DNA of 63,657 bases, counting the filler, from Octopus bimaculoides (Eukaryota): assembly GCF_001194135.2 (NCBI RefSeq). It is 5 parts of 4 records of this genome, joined end to end, with 100 filler letters (N's around TTAATTAATTAA, not from the genome) between each part and the next. Parts side by side here need not be neighbours in the genome. Positions count along the whole stretch, not along the records: positions 34,232 to 47,753 come from NC_069000.1; positions 47,854 to 59,099 come from NC_068981.1; 3 more parts are not named here. One strand, given 5' to 3'. The position numbers and the translations under genes were made by a program. The notes beneath the pieces were generated by a model. That model worked only from the letters and a program-made list of their open reading frames with translations. It searched no databases and was not told where the DNA came from. This document shows positions 38,316-51,580 of this stretch, piece after piece (the first letter of the stretch is position 1; the number at the start of each line of letters is the position of its first letter).

Positions 38316-39289
38316 TCCACGCAAAAAAAATTTTGAAAAACGTGGGGGGGGGATTTCCGAGGGTTCTGCAACACCCCCACCCCATTCTCCGGACAAAAAA
38401 GTGTTTTGTGGCACATTAGGTTATCGTCATTCTTTCAATAAAAAAAAAATTTCCAATGATTATGGGATGGGGGAAGCCTGGTTACCCACCACCCCTTCTT
38501 TTCCAAACGAAAGTAAGGGGTTTGCGACACATTAGAAGGTCAGGGTACTTGATTCTATGCAAAAAATCCAAGGTTTCCTTTTTTTTTTTTCTTAGTGAAA
38601 CTCATGTGGGTGTACTTCCCAAAATTTACCAATAATTTTCAATGGACATAAGTATTGACTCCTAGAAGAGGTCATTTGTAGCTAAAAGTAAGGTGGTTTT
38701 ACTTTTACAAACCACAATATTGTAGTCGAAGTTGCTTTATTTGCATTTATACTTGTTAAGCACATGAATTTGTGAAAAACATGATAAAATCATAAACTGA
38801 TGGACAATTTTTTGTAGTTTATACCATACAGATGTACATCTGTGCAACAGTCCATTTCAGTACTCATCAGTTAATTGCCTAATTTCTCTAGATTTCTCAT
38901 CTCACCCTTTCAGTATGGTACAAAACAGTCAAATCTAGAAACTTAAGTTCTCTCAGCAGTTATGATGTAAGTACGTGCTTTGACCCCTCATAGCTTTCTT
39001 ATTTTTATGAATTTTTACAAAATTTTTTCAATTCTGTTTTCTGCATAACGGAATTAATATGATTATGCGAAAAAAAATAAAAGAATTTGTAATCCTCCAC
39101 CCCTAGTTCCAAAATTTTCTGCTGTTTTCCTATTTCTTTTTTTATTTCATGGTTTTAAAATATGGACAGTCTGAATCTACCATTCATTTCTCTTTGTAAT
39201 TTCCAAATAACTTTTTAATACTGTTATAGAAAAAAGTCAATCAATGGTCTTCACTCTTTTTCACATAATCCTGGACTTTATATGTAAAA

Positions 39290-39510
39290 TGTCAGTGACA
39301 TGTTGCATGTCCATCAGCAATATTAGCAGACAGTGGTATGAAATTTTGCAGGGAAATATGTACTCAAAAATTGTGAAAGACAAGAAGAAATTGGGTGGCC
39401 TGAATCATATAGTCCAAGTAGACAAAAGTCTTCTTTTTAAGAGGAAAAAGGAAGTTGGAAGAGTGGTGAAGTTTTGGATATTTGTGATCGTTGTAACTGA
39501 CGGTGTGCCA
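39290..39510 (+). pseudogene. Merlin/ISXO2-like DDE transposase fragment
   Basis: KLGGLNHIVQVDKSLLFKRKKEVGRVVKFWIF resembles the Merlin motif KIGG.G.IV(E/Q)IDES.F.KRK..RGR....WVFG. Confidence 0.7.
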
Positions 39511-39567
39511 GATTTTTATGCATGTATGTGCGTGTATAAAGATATAATTAAAACAATNNNNNNNNNN

Positions 39568-40120
39568 TTGAAAACGCCACTATATAAGATACATTTTAAT
39601 TTTCTCAGAGATATTTTACATGTTTTGGTTCTTGAAAAAATGAACCTTACCAAAAATGCATATTTTTAAAAATGTAATTAAAAAGAAAAGTTTATAATTG
39701 TTTCTTACTAGTGTCAACCACCACCACCATGATAACTATTACTGCAAACAACGGTCCCTGCTACTACTACTATTACTATGACCAGCAGTCTCTGCTACTG
39801 CTGCTATTACGGCCAATGGTCACTCCCACTACTACTACTACTACTGCTGCTGTTGCTGCTTCCTCTACTACTGCTGCTATCACAGACAACGGTCACTACT
39901 ACTACTACAGCCAACGATTCAAGTCAACGCACTAGACAGCCATTATGTCCCCACACATAAAACGCTTCCATGTGGACTCAGTTGACACCAATAAGAAACA
40001 ATTATGAACTTTTCTTTTAATTACATTTTTAAAAATATGTATTTCTGATAAGGTTCGAACCGAAACATGTAAAATATCTCTGAGAAAATTAAAATTTGTC
40101 TTATATAATGGCGTTTTCAA
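39568..40120. mobile_element. MITE-like element: ~150 bp inverted arms around an (ACT/GCT)n-rich core
   Basis: 39568-39718 (ttgaaaacgcc...gtgtcaac) is the reverse complement of 39981-40120 (gttgacac...ggcgttttcaa); left end lost in a gap. Confidence 0.8.
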
Positions 40121-40201
40121 ACTTCTTTTTTATAAATATATACCCACTCATATGCCACCTATACTTTTTATCTATCTNNNNNNNNNNNNNNGCTGAAATA
40201 T

Positions 40202-40244
<43 letters not shown>

Positions 40245-40344
40245 GACATGCAGGAAGTAAATAGACACCTTTAATTTTCAAAATCTTTTATTTAATATGC
40301 AAAGTGAAGAATTGAAATGTAATCGATAGGTAGGACTACATACT

Positions 40345-41175
40345 TTAGTATTTAGTTGACATTCCCTTTGCAGTTTTTAATTCAGAAACTCTTTTTGGCA
40401 TTGAACTGATGAACTTTGTGATTGTCTTGTGGAATTTCTGCCCACTTTTCACGCAACAATCAAAACAATTCATCTTTAGATTTAGGTTCCTGTCAAGTTT
40501 TTTTGTATAGCTCTATCTAGTATGCTCCAAAGATTTTCAGTTGGGTTCATGTCAGGAGATTGGCTTGACCAAGAAAGCTTTTTGATTCCATTTTCAGTCA
40601 GTCATTGTTGATTCCTTTTCGCTGTGTGGCATGGAGCCCCATCTTCCATGAATAAAAACTCATTTTTCATTATGTTATTGTATGAATACATAGGAAGTAG
40701 TCCTTGCTTAAATATTTCAGTGTATTTTTCAGAGTTTATAGTTCCAACACATTTGATCAGCTCAGAACGACTATTGCTGGTGACAGCTCCCCATACCATT
40801 ACAGAGATACCACCATGTTTCACAGTTGCTTGGCGTCATTTCAAATCAAATTCTTCATTGCTAACCCGCTAGACCCAAACACGTCCACTGTCTGGAAGTA
40901 ATGCAAATCTGGATTCATCTGAGAAAAATCACTCTATCCCAAAATGAACTGGATTTTTTTCCCTCTTTTCATGATATTAATTGGTTGAAGAAGTTTTCTA
41001 GATGCTCGTCCATAATACCCAAGCTTATGCAGATATGTAACACACATTCTTGGATTAACTTCTAGCTGTTTTGCAATGTCAGAAGCCTTCAAATGGGGTT
41101 CGTTTTCCACAATTCTCTTCAAACAGCGAAGCTTCCTTTCCAAGGGCCCAGGACAGCCGAGACGAGAATCTGTTG
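40345..41175 (-). pseudogene. Tc1-family transposase relic (DD34E-type motifs), frameshifted
   Basis: IF/SDESRF...TVKHGGISVMVWG...FMEDGAPCHTAK...QSPDMNPTENLW...KGMSTKY*. Confidence 0.92.
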
Positions 41176-41536
41176 ATTCTTTAGAATAATGGAATAAAAC
41201 CCAGTCATAATAAGAGATCTATTTCCTTAATTTTTAACTACTTTTTCTAGCACACATAAAAATGTCGGCAAGTTTTGAAATTGAGAGTGGGGGAATTTTA
41301 AAAAAAAGTTTTCTTGCATAATCATATTAATTCCATTGTGCAGAAGACTGAATCGAAAAAAAATTGGGAAAAATTCCTAAAAATAAAAAAGTTAAGAGGG
41401 GTCTTAGCACATGCTTACATCATAATTCCACCATTTTCTCTTTCTCTCCATGTCTCACCACACATTTCCCCATCTCTCTCTCTCTCTTTCTTTCTGTTGA
41501 TCTGTGTGTGTACATAGAAATATATTTATAGAAAGA

Positions 41537-42450
41537 CTAGCAGTAATACCCGTCATTGATCAAGTTATTACTTCTACTGTTTCTCAGGCCAAGAAGCTAG
41601 AAAAATGGGTATATCATATAGAAGAATAGCTTTATGGAATCCAGTTGACTGCAACGGCACTGAAAAGGCTGTAGGTCATGTGGAACATTACTCTTCATAT
41701 AGAAAAAGCATTGCACGTCATGCATTTGTTTGATGTTCATTTTTTTTATGGTCTTTTTTTGGTAAACATTTTTTTTATTAGGAATATCAGTAAGTAATAG
41801 TGAAATGAAATTACAAATGCTGTGTCCTGTCAGTGTTAGTGCTGAAATTTCGATGGTATATTACAGGAATGGAAGACGAGGCAACAGTAAGTAATAGTCC
41901 AATGAAATTACAAACGCTGTGTCCTGTCAGTCAGATTTAGGTTTACTTGTCCTGTGTGTGTGTATTGCAGAAGAGAAAAACATGTAATAATTGAAGTAGG
42001 AAAAATGGATTTCATATACGAACTGCTGTTTGTTCTTCAAGTTGCAATCCAACAACTTTTAGTGTTTGACTCTGACTTTTATTAATGCTCATGGCAAAAG
42101 AAAGTAGGATAGGAAACTGTACAGGCTTAAATTTGAATGGGACATTAGATGGTATAACTGGTGTGTGAGGAACGAAGATGATGTCACGTTTACCACAACC
42201 GGTGAGAATATTTTCCTCAAGGCAGTTCATCATAGATAGGTTTGTGCATGATTAATGTTGCCTCCTTTGAACCATTTACTTTCACTATGGGATGTCACAA
42301 CCAGTGAGAATATTTGCCCCTATGCAGTTCTTCAGAGGTTTGTGCACAATTAGTGTTGCCTCCCTTGAACCATTTATTTTCATTTTATGGGAAAAACAAA
42401 TACACAAACGGACAGAATCTCTCTTTTATATATATATATATATACAGAGA
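41537..42450 (-). mobile_element. Non-autonomous Helitron with PIF1-type helicase fragment
   Basis: ILTGCG...VPFKFKPVQFPILLSFAMSINKSQSQTLKVVGL (42012-42233); 3' end ...gggtattactgCTAG|T at 41537-41540; 5' end (TA)n-AAAAGAGAGATTCTGTCCG. Confidence 0.8.
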
Positions 42451-43001
42451 GAGAGATTAAGATTATAGATATATACTCAATAATATATATATAGATTGTT
42501 CTTCATGCCTCATATATAGGTATATAGACCAACGCAGTTTATACAACCTTTCCTTTTCTCTCCCCACTCTCCATCACTGCATAGGTATAATCCACTTGTA
42601 AATCAATACAAATTTACACAACCTCTCATTCTCCCTCTCTATCTCTTTATCTCTCTCCATATCTCTATTTCTCTTTAAATATATACAGAAGGAAACAGCC
42701 AACAGTCATACTAAAGGTATCTTGAAACTAAAGGAGTGCAGAATTGAAATTGTTTTTGAGAGGCTGGTAAATATCAGAAGGGGACAACCCAAATAATATA
42801 ATAACAGCAGCACTAAAGAGCAATGGTTACACAAGGGCCACAGCTCAGAGCAAAAAAAAAAACAGAATCCATCTGGTCTTATGCTCTCATCAGACCTCAC
42901 ATTCGCACTCTTGACCCCATCTTTGAAAACAAACACAAAAAAAGATGACAAAAATGGAGACACTGATGTGAGTGACAGATGTTTCCCTGGCTCTGCTGAC
43001 C

Positions 43002-43615
43002 CATCATCATCATCATCATCATCGTTTAATGTCCGCTTTCCATGCTAGTATGGGTTGGACGATTTGACTGAGGACTGGCAAGCCAGAAGGCTGCACCAGG
43101 CTCCAATCTGATCTGGCAGAGTTTCTACAGCTGGATGCCCTTCCTAATGCCAACCACTCCAAGAGTGTAGTGGGTGCTTTTATGTGCCACCGGCACGAGG
43201 GCCAGTCACATGGTACTTGCAATGGCCACACTCAAAAAGGTGTTTTTTATGTGCCACCTGCACAGGAGCCAGTCCAGCGGCACTGGCAATGACCTCGCTC
43301 GAATGATTTTCTAACGTGCCACCAGCACAGGTGCTAGAAGGCGACGCTGGTAACGATTACGCACAAATGGTGCTATTTACGGGCCACTAGCACGGAAGCC
43401 AGACAGCTGCTCTGGCAATGAACACGCTTGGACAGTGCTGTTACTGCTCCACTGGCGCAGGTGCCAGTCATCGAGTATGGTTCAGTTACGATTTCGATTT
43501 CACTTGCCCCAACAGGTCTTTGCAAGCAGCGTTTAGTGTCCAATGAGGGAAAGGTTGGCACGGGTGCCAGTCGTCGGATTCGGTTCGATTTCGATTTCAG
43601 ATTTCAAATTTCAAA
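43002..43615 (-). mobile_element. RTE LINE 3' UTR fragment with (GAT)n tail
   Basis: Closely matches the reverse complement of 4440-4895; (CAT)n at 43002-43023 on the + strand. Confidence 0.9.
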
Positions 43616-43619
43616 TTCC

Positions 43620-46600
43620 AGAAAGAAAAATTGTAACCATGAGTAGAAAACCTGCCAGGAAAGGAAACCAGCACTAATGGCCCTACCACTGCCAATGTGA
43701 ACAACCAAGGAGATGAAAGGGCTAAAAATGATAAAGAAACTGAAGAAAAAGGTAAACAAAAAGATCTCTGAAAATAAGCAGGAACAAAATGATTACGACA
43801 CAAATAAAAAAAGAACAAAAGACAGCTCCCAGGAAAAACAACTAAGGAAAGAAATAAGTTAGACTGCCCATATGTGAAGTTACCAATAGTCAGGCCTGTC
43901 ACCAGACTTTGGGTAGGCACTAATTTGTAATAATGCCATTTCCCAATGCAAAACCATGGCACAGCTGCATGAGGCAGGACAAAAGTTTCCCTCCAAAGGG
44001 AATCAAAGGATGAACAAAGACATCAAGGAGGAAATGGTTATGCATACCTGCACCAAAACTAACATATGCTGATGTAGTGTGGACTACTTCTAAAAACCTC
44101 TCTATCTGAATAAGCTGTCATAAGGGCTGCAACTGAGCAACAATCATTTTTATGCATGGTACAAAAGACTGTATAGCAACTGACCTGGCTACATCAATTT
44201 CAGAGTCGGAGTCATCCCCACCAACACAAGACCATCACAGCCAATGGTTCCAGGGTGACCACCACTGGCATCAGCACAGATATCACATCAATACTCTTAC
44301 TAAACATTAAATAACTGTTACAACTCAGTAACAGAACCAAAATTTCCTTCCTGAGAGACCTTGTAGCATGAAATCAAGCCTTGTGCATAGCATTTACTGA
44401 AATGCATTTAAAACCCAACATCACAGATGCAGAAATACACATACCAAAGTATGTTATACAGAGAAGTGGAGTTACAGTGTACATCCATGAACAGCTCACA
44501 TCCCTTTTGTCATACTCAAACTTGGTGTGTGATACACTAATTGTACATATAGTTGAAGTCTTAGAACAACACATCAGTATACTTCACATGGGAGACTTTA
44601 ACCTGCCCAATGTAGGATGGCCTTAGGACCTCTCCTCTCCTTGTTCATTCTCACCAACATGTTATACATGGAGTAAGTAGTACTCCAACTAACCAGGGCA
44701 GACAATTACACTTGGTCTCTGTTTCACAAACAATATGAATCTCATCCATATTGTGAAAATGACACTGACCACAATATAGTACAGCTGACCATGTAAGGAC
44801 CAAAAGAATCTGCAGACATGCAGCCAATGAGAAGCACCCAAAATCTATCCAATCTGAGCATCCATAAAGCAGATTGGAAATCAACTGAGAAAGTGGTCTT
44901 CAAACAGGATTGACCTTAAAGTTTCTCTACACCTGACAATGACATGAAACTCAAAGAATTCATATCCATAATGCAAGCCATATGCTACAAGTTTGTCCCA
45001 GAGAGAAAGGCCACAGTACAAAATTCCCAGGGAAATGAAAGTTCTTATGAGATGTGTGCAAAAATCGCAAACCACCTAAACAGAGAACTCACTAGCAGTG
45101 AGAAACCCTGCTGGAGATTGAGGAAAATCTGAAATGCTCTTATGAAAAAGGGAGAGCAGATAAAGAAGCCTGGGGGATTAAAAATATAAACTCAAACCCT
45201 AAAGCGTTCTTTTAGTATGCCAAAGAAACTGCCTCCATGCATTGCGGGATAGGGCAACTCTTCCAAAACGATGTTTCCCTCACAGAAACCCAATGAAGAT
45301 AAGTGAAACACTGATGAACAATTCAAAAGTGTCTTCACCCAACCTTTACGGCGCATGTGAGTCACCAAACCTGTAGAGTTCTTTACCACTACAGAGGCAG
45401 TTATAATTGATTACATCAACATCAATACTGGCCATGCATGAGGTAGATGCAAACTCAGCTGCTGGCCCTGATAGATTCCCGCCAATCCTCAAGTCATGTA
45501 AATGAGCCCTTGCAAAACCATTGTAGCTTCTTTTTTAGAGCTTTCTTGTAAGTGGTAAGCTCCCAGGTAAATTGAAGGAAGGAATACTATGCCCTAAGGG
45601 AGAAAGCAGAGATGTTAAAAATTATAGGCTTATCTCTCTGACTTCACACGTCTGCAAAGTCATGGAACGAATAGTCTGAAGAAAATTAATTGTAATCCTT
45701 GAAGAGAATGATTTGCTAACTGATGCCTAGTATGGTTTCTAAGTAAAAGCTGCTTGATGCAACTCTTGAAGTACTATGACTAGATGTTAAAGCAGTTACT
45801 CAACAATTCAAATGTGGACATGTTGTATCTTGACTTTACTAAAGCCTTTGATAAAATCGATCAGGGTATGATATATCACAAGCTGTGTAATCTTGGTATT
45901 GTCGGAAAACTTGGAGAGTGGCTACACAACTTTCTAAAAGATAGAAGTCAGGTAGTAGTAGTTAACAGAGTTACCTCCAAGGAAATGCAAATAATGAGTA
46001 ATGCCCTACAGGACACTCTCTTAGGGCCATTGCTATTCATAGTGGTCCTCTCAGACATGCCCTCAATTGCTTAGATAGTCACTCTTGCTAGCTATGCAGA
46101 TGATACAAGGGTCTCTTAGAGGATACAGAACCCTGGAGATGTGCACCTGCAACAGATGTTGGACACAATGTACAGGCTGGCTAAGGACTATGACATACAG
46201 TTCAATGCTGGAAAACCCCAAGCCCTACACTATCAGCACATGAAGTGCAGACAGGATACACTGGCCCAGTGGAGATTGCAATCCCTGAATCAAAATCAGT
46301 GCGAGACCTGGGTATTGACATGAGTAATGATGCATCTTTCCAGGTGCATATTACTGAGTTGGCAATAAAATTCGGGTGGCCGGCTTGATCCTTCGAATTT
46401 TCAGAATGGGAGAACAGGAAACCATAAAACTCTTCTGGAGGACACTTGTTATCAGCCGTTTAGACAACTGCTCTCAACTATGGTCATCATAGAGTGTAAA
46501 ATTAACAGCAGAACTCGAAGCAATCCAGTGAAACTACATGAAGAAGATCGTCTTGATGCAACATATCAGCTACTGAGAGAGGCTGAAAAGTTTAAGATGC

Positions 46601-47040
46601 TACTCTCTAGAATGAAAGTGAGATAGATATGCAGTAATATGTATCTGGAAAATCCTAAGACTTCTATAAAACTTTGGCAATGAAAGTTATACAAACAGTA
46701 GAATGGGGCACCACTGCATTGTGCCAAAGATACGGGATTATTAGGATACAGGACCAGATACTGTAACAGCTTGGCTTTCAAGGGCTCACAGCTCTTCAGT
46801 ATCCTCCCACAAAGCCTGAAAGACTTACTTGGATGGATGCAGTTGCCTTCAAAACTAAACTGGATCTCCTCCTGTCGAAAGTTCTGGCTGAATCTATCTC
46901 ACAACAGGAAATGCAGATGAAGGCAGCAACATCAAATTCCATCATTCACCAAATTCCACATATCAGAAAAAGTTTCAAGTAGTGACTGTGTAGCAAAGAA
47001 AATAGCGGTACCCAAGCATGATCACAAGTCTCAAGCTGTA
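43620..47040 (+). mobile_element. Decayed CR1-group LINE (APE endonuclease + RT), many stops and frameshifts; may begin near 42760
   Basis: IAFTEMHL; GDFNLP; MLYLDFTKAFDKID...WLHNFLKDRSQ...LLGPLLF; SYADDT at ~46090. Confidence 0.9.
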
Positions 47041-48965
47041 TGACGAGAGGTTAGGAAATTTAGTTTATAATGCTTACATAGAGAAGTGAATTAGAGACGA
47101 GTGGTTCTTTATAACACAGTTGCGCAAGTACTGAGAATCATGTGTTGCTCTCTGGTGAATCTCTCAACCTTTGCGATTGTTCTGGCTTGTTTGTGCCAAG
47201 AAATGACTTGTGTGTTCCCTGGCTGCTATCAACTTCTGTAAAGATTTTAGTGCTAAATTTCTTATAACTAGAGAAAAGAACGCAAATCTGAGCATGTGAG
47301 GTCAATATTTCCCTATAACTTTCAGAATAGATGTGCTTTGTGTGTGGGTGTAGGTGCAGGGGTGGCTGTGTATTCGCGATCTGGAAATAGCGCAGTTTTA
47401 ATTTGTAATTGAATTTATTCTTATGTATGTATTGTCATGGCATACCAGCAAATGGTTCTTACACTATTTGCATATAGCCATAGATCAGCGACTCAGTTCT
47501 CCCCCAATTCTTTTCAGGTACATGTGATATTGGTAAGCAACAAAAATGGCAAAATATCAGTACCCATTATTCCTGAATGGGGCTGGAGATAAGTTGTCTC
47601 GCTTGTCTTTGACTTTCAGGTGTTTTTACACACTGTCCCCAAAGCACTCTGAAGTGTACTGGCAAACAAACAAAACATATACATTGAGTATGTGCAATAA
47701 TGTTTAAAACACTAGCGTTGCTTTTAATTTATAATTGAATATATATATATATANNNNNNNNNNNNNNNNNNNNNNNNNNNNNNNNNNNNNNNNNNNNTTA
47801 ATTAATTAANNNNNNNNNNNNNNNNNNNNNNNNNNNNNNNNNNNNNNNNNNNNTATATATATATATATATATAAAGGATTCTACCAACTCTACAATCTAT
47901 TGTAAATATATATATACTTAGTACTTTAACACACTAAAAAGATATGATTAAAGGGATCAATGAAAATATGTCAGCTAATCGAAATTGGCCTTGTTGGAGG
48001 ACTGAATTTCACTATACTTCAGTTTAACGTAAAACAGGAAATTATGAGCGTCCGTACTTTTTCAACGTACAATATATTTCTATTCGCTTTATTTTGCACT
48101 TCAGCATTCTTTGCGTTTCTCAGTCAATATAACGGACCCTGTTTGTATAACGCTACTTGCTGTGGTGTAAACACATATCTAACTGAAATGTGTATTTTTA
48201 TTATCACAAGCAGGAATATATATCAATAAACAATATTTGAACTTTTATAAAGATTTTGTTCTGAATCATGTACCAAAGTACTTAGGATAGGCGTTTTTAT
48301 TAAATGTAAGAAAAAAATTATAATAATCGGTCCATCTGGCTTTCTATTGCTATTATTGATAAACTCTATCGATAATTTGACTTCAAAAGCGTTGATCCAA
48401 AAGACGTATGGCCTGGATATCACTGAAAACTAACAATGTGTAAGGATAAAAAAATAAAGAAAAGATTTCGAATATGCGAACGTATTTAATTTCCTGGATA
48501 CAGGTTTCCAACATTCAGACTAAATTTACTCTATGAAGTGATATTGAACAAGGCGAGGGAAGAAACCAATAAGAAACAAGTTAACTGTAACCATCCATGG
48601 AAATCATTTATAAGCGTGTGCAAAAGAATTAAATACCTCCACGTCTCTATGAAATCGAAGTTATTTTGGTTGTGTTGAAAATGACTACAACATTGGAACA
48701 TGACAAAGAAGTAAAGAAAAAATGAAACGAGAACCAAAAAAAAAACAAAAAAAACAAATAATAATAATAGTAACAACAAAAAGGAAGTCAAAATAGCTTC
48801 TTAACTGAAAGTTACTAAAAGTTTGCAGTTAGAAAGAATTCTTGTTATTTGATTCCGTAATAATTCTTATACAATTGGATAAATAGTTTTGTGGAATCTA
48901 CTGAGAAAGGGTCTACGAACCAAAGAATAACTGCTAGACGTTCTAGAATTTGTCTTCCGTTTTTT

Positions 48966-48967
<2 letters not shown>

Positions 48968-49020
<53 letters not shown>

Positions 49021-49023
49021 TAA
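48968..49023. repeat. (TAA)n microsatellite
   Basis: Direct reading. Confidence 0.95.
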
Positions 49024-49752
49024 TTTTCTATCAAACTTATTCTTATTCAATGCAATGTGTCTGATTTTAAGAGTTAAATACTCACATATGTTCTGCCGGA
49101 AATTGCTAAAATTACTTACAGGCAATCACTTATTTTCACAATATATTTTACGTTAACTTAATTTAGTTTTCTTTTCCTATGAAGGTATAATTTTATTCAC
49201 TATTACAGTAGATAATATAACCTAAACAGCTGAAACAGCGTTAGCAAAACATAAACTGAATGTCTGATTATAAAATTGGAAAAGTGATGGTAATGAATAT
49301 ATATTACAATAAAGTCTCAGTATTGCCTTACCTGTCTTAAATATACTGTCGGCTGTCGAACAGAAAAATTGAAGAGGAGTCCAAAACTTTAATTCTAATG
49401 TGTTTTGGTTTATAGTGATTGATTAGAATATTTACAAATTATAATTCGTGTAAAACAAAATTGTGAAAAAATCGTTATTTGCACTGTGAACAGTTGAGAT
49501 CCGAAACAATGATTTGCATAGATATTCTAAAAACGTTCAGGCAGATTCGAACGCAAGTTGCTGCAGTGTAGCTCACAAGAGAACAACTCTTTCTTTTACG
49601 AAGACTGCATATTCATAACACGCTCGGCTCATTGGCACAAGGGATACCGGGACATCGGTGTTTCGACATGATGTGTTTCATCAACCACAAGTACCCGGAT
49701 CATTTTATTTGAATACTTCCGAAACGATTTTCTTTTGCAAAAAAATGTTCAT

Positions 49753-50208
49753 AGGCGCAGGCTTGACTGTGTGGTAAGACGCTTGCTCCCCAGTCTCATG
49801 CTTCCGCGTTCAGTCCCACAGCATATCACCTTCTAGTAGAGCCTCAGGTCAACCAAAGCCCAGTTAGTGGATTCGGTAGACAGAAACTGAAAGAAGCCCG
49901 TCGTATATATACATATATATATGTGTGTGTGTATGTGTATATGTGTTTATGTGTGTGTGTGTATGTGTATATGTGTTTATGTGTGTGTGTGTATGTGTCT
50001 ATGTGTCTATGTTTATCCTCACCGTCGCTTGACGACCGGTATTGGTGTGTGTACGTCCTCGTAACCTAGCAGATCGGTAAAAGAGCTCGTTAGAATAATT
50101 GCCTGTCTTAAAAATGTACTGGAGTCGACTTATTCGATTAAAAATTCTTGAAGACGGTGCCCCAGCATGGCCGCAGTCTAATGACTGAAACACATAAAAG
50201 ATAAAAGA
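49753..50208 (+). mobile_element. SINE family A, full length, diverged
   Basis: aggcgcaggcttgactgtgtggtaag...gaagcccgtcg, internal microsatellite, ccagcatggccgcagtctaatgactgaaac tail. Confidence 0.88.
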
Positions 50209-50340
50209 TCTTTAACAATGACAGACTATTATGTTTCTATTATCCCTGTGCTCATACAATAATTATGGAAGTAGAATTAACAATACCAAGAAAACATTGC
50301 TTTCGTGATAATTTTATGCAATCAAGAGTGTTACTAATAT

Positions 50341-50977
50341 TATTTTCTACTCTAGGCACAAGGCCAGAAATTTTGGGGGAGGACGCCAGTCGATTAGATC
50401 GACCCCGGTACGCAACTGATACTTAATTTATCGACCTCGAAAATATAAAAGGCAAAGTCGATCTCGGCGGAATTTGAACTCAGAACGTAAAGACAGACGA
50501 AATACCGCTAAGTATTTCGCCGGCGTGCTAGCGTTTCTTATTTCTTTATTGCCTACGAAGGGCTAAACATAGAGGGGACAAACAAGGACAGACAAAGAGA
50601 TTAACTCGATGACATCGACCCCAGTGCGTACCTCGTACTTAATTTATCGACCCCGAATGGAGTCGACCTCGGTAGAATTTGAACTCAGAACGTAATGGCA
50701 GACGAACTATCGCGAAGTATTTCGCCCGGCGTGCTAACGTTTCTTATTTCTTTATTGCCCACAAGGGGCTAAACATAGAGGGGACAAACAAGGACAGACA
50801 AAGGGATTAAGTCTATGACATCGACCCCAGTGTGTAACTTGTACTTAATTTACCGACCCCGAAAGCATGAAAGGCAATGTCGACCTCGGCAGAAGTTGAA
50901 CTCAGAACGTAACGGCAGACGAAATACCGCTAAGCATTTCGCCCGGCGCGCTAACATTTCTGCCAGCTCGCCGCCTT
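50341..50977 (-). mobile_element. Trimeric SINE family C with 15 bp TSD
   Basis: GAGTGTTACTAATAT at 50326-50340 and 50978-50992; three units (gaaatgcttagcggtatttcgtctg...gagttcaaattc...ggggtcgataaattaagtac) joined by the same ~70 bp linker. Confidence 0.92.
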
Positions 50978-51580
50978 GAGTGTTACTAATATCGTAAATG
51001 CAACTGACTTCGAAGTCACTTGCAGTATGAGGCTTGCAGATAGTGAAGAAATCAAAAGCCAACAATATAACCAACGAAGTGTATTATAATATTTAATATG
51101 CTCTCCCTTTCACTTCTTACTTCAAATATCACTGCCATTGGCCTTATCTGTAATCCCTTTCATAGAAACGGTCAATATTGTGTGTACGTATTTCCAATAT
51201 ATTTCAAAGAAACAACGACTCTGTCATGCAGTTTCCTTTATCTCACATACAGCGTAATATAAACTAACGTGGAAGATTTACAGATTCATGCATACAAGCA
51301 TGCACACACATTCGCATAGACACATATTTATAAGGAGCAAAAGTGAACGGATCTCCATTGATTATCACGATGATTATTCTAGTTGCTTGATACAGTTGAA
51401 CTGCGAATACATTGAATGTTTGAATTGTTCGGCATATAACTGATAAATAAAATCATTCTCAGTCAGAAATTGCGTGTCATATTCTGCGATTAGGACAGGA
51501 ATTTTTAATCATGGGAACATCCAGCTGTAACAATTCCTATACACACAAGGGTTAGCTTATTCTGAGTTTATAGTAATATG

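Noticed and set aside
50341-50977. Repeat-linker-repeat pattern superficially like a CRISPR array
   Set aside because: Units are ~150 bp SINE bodies and the linkers are identical rather than unique spacers; eukaryotic context
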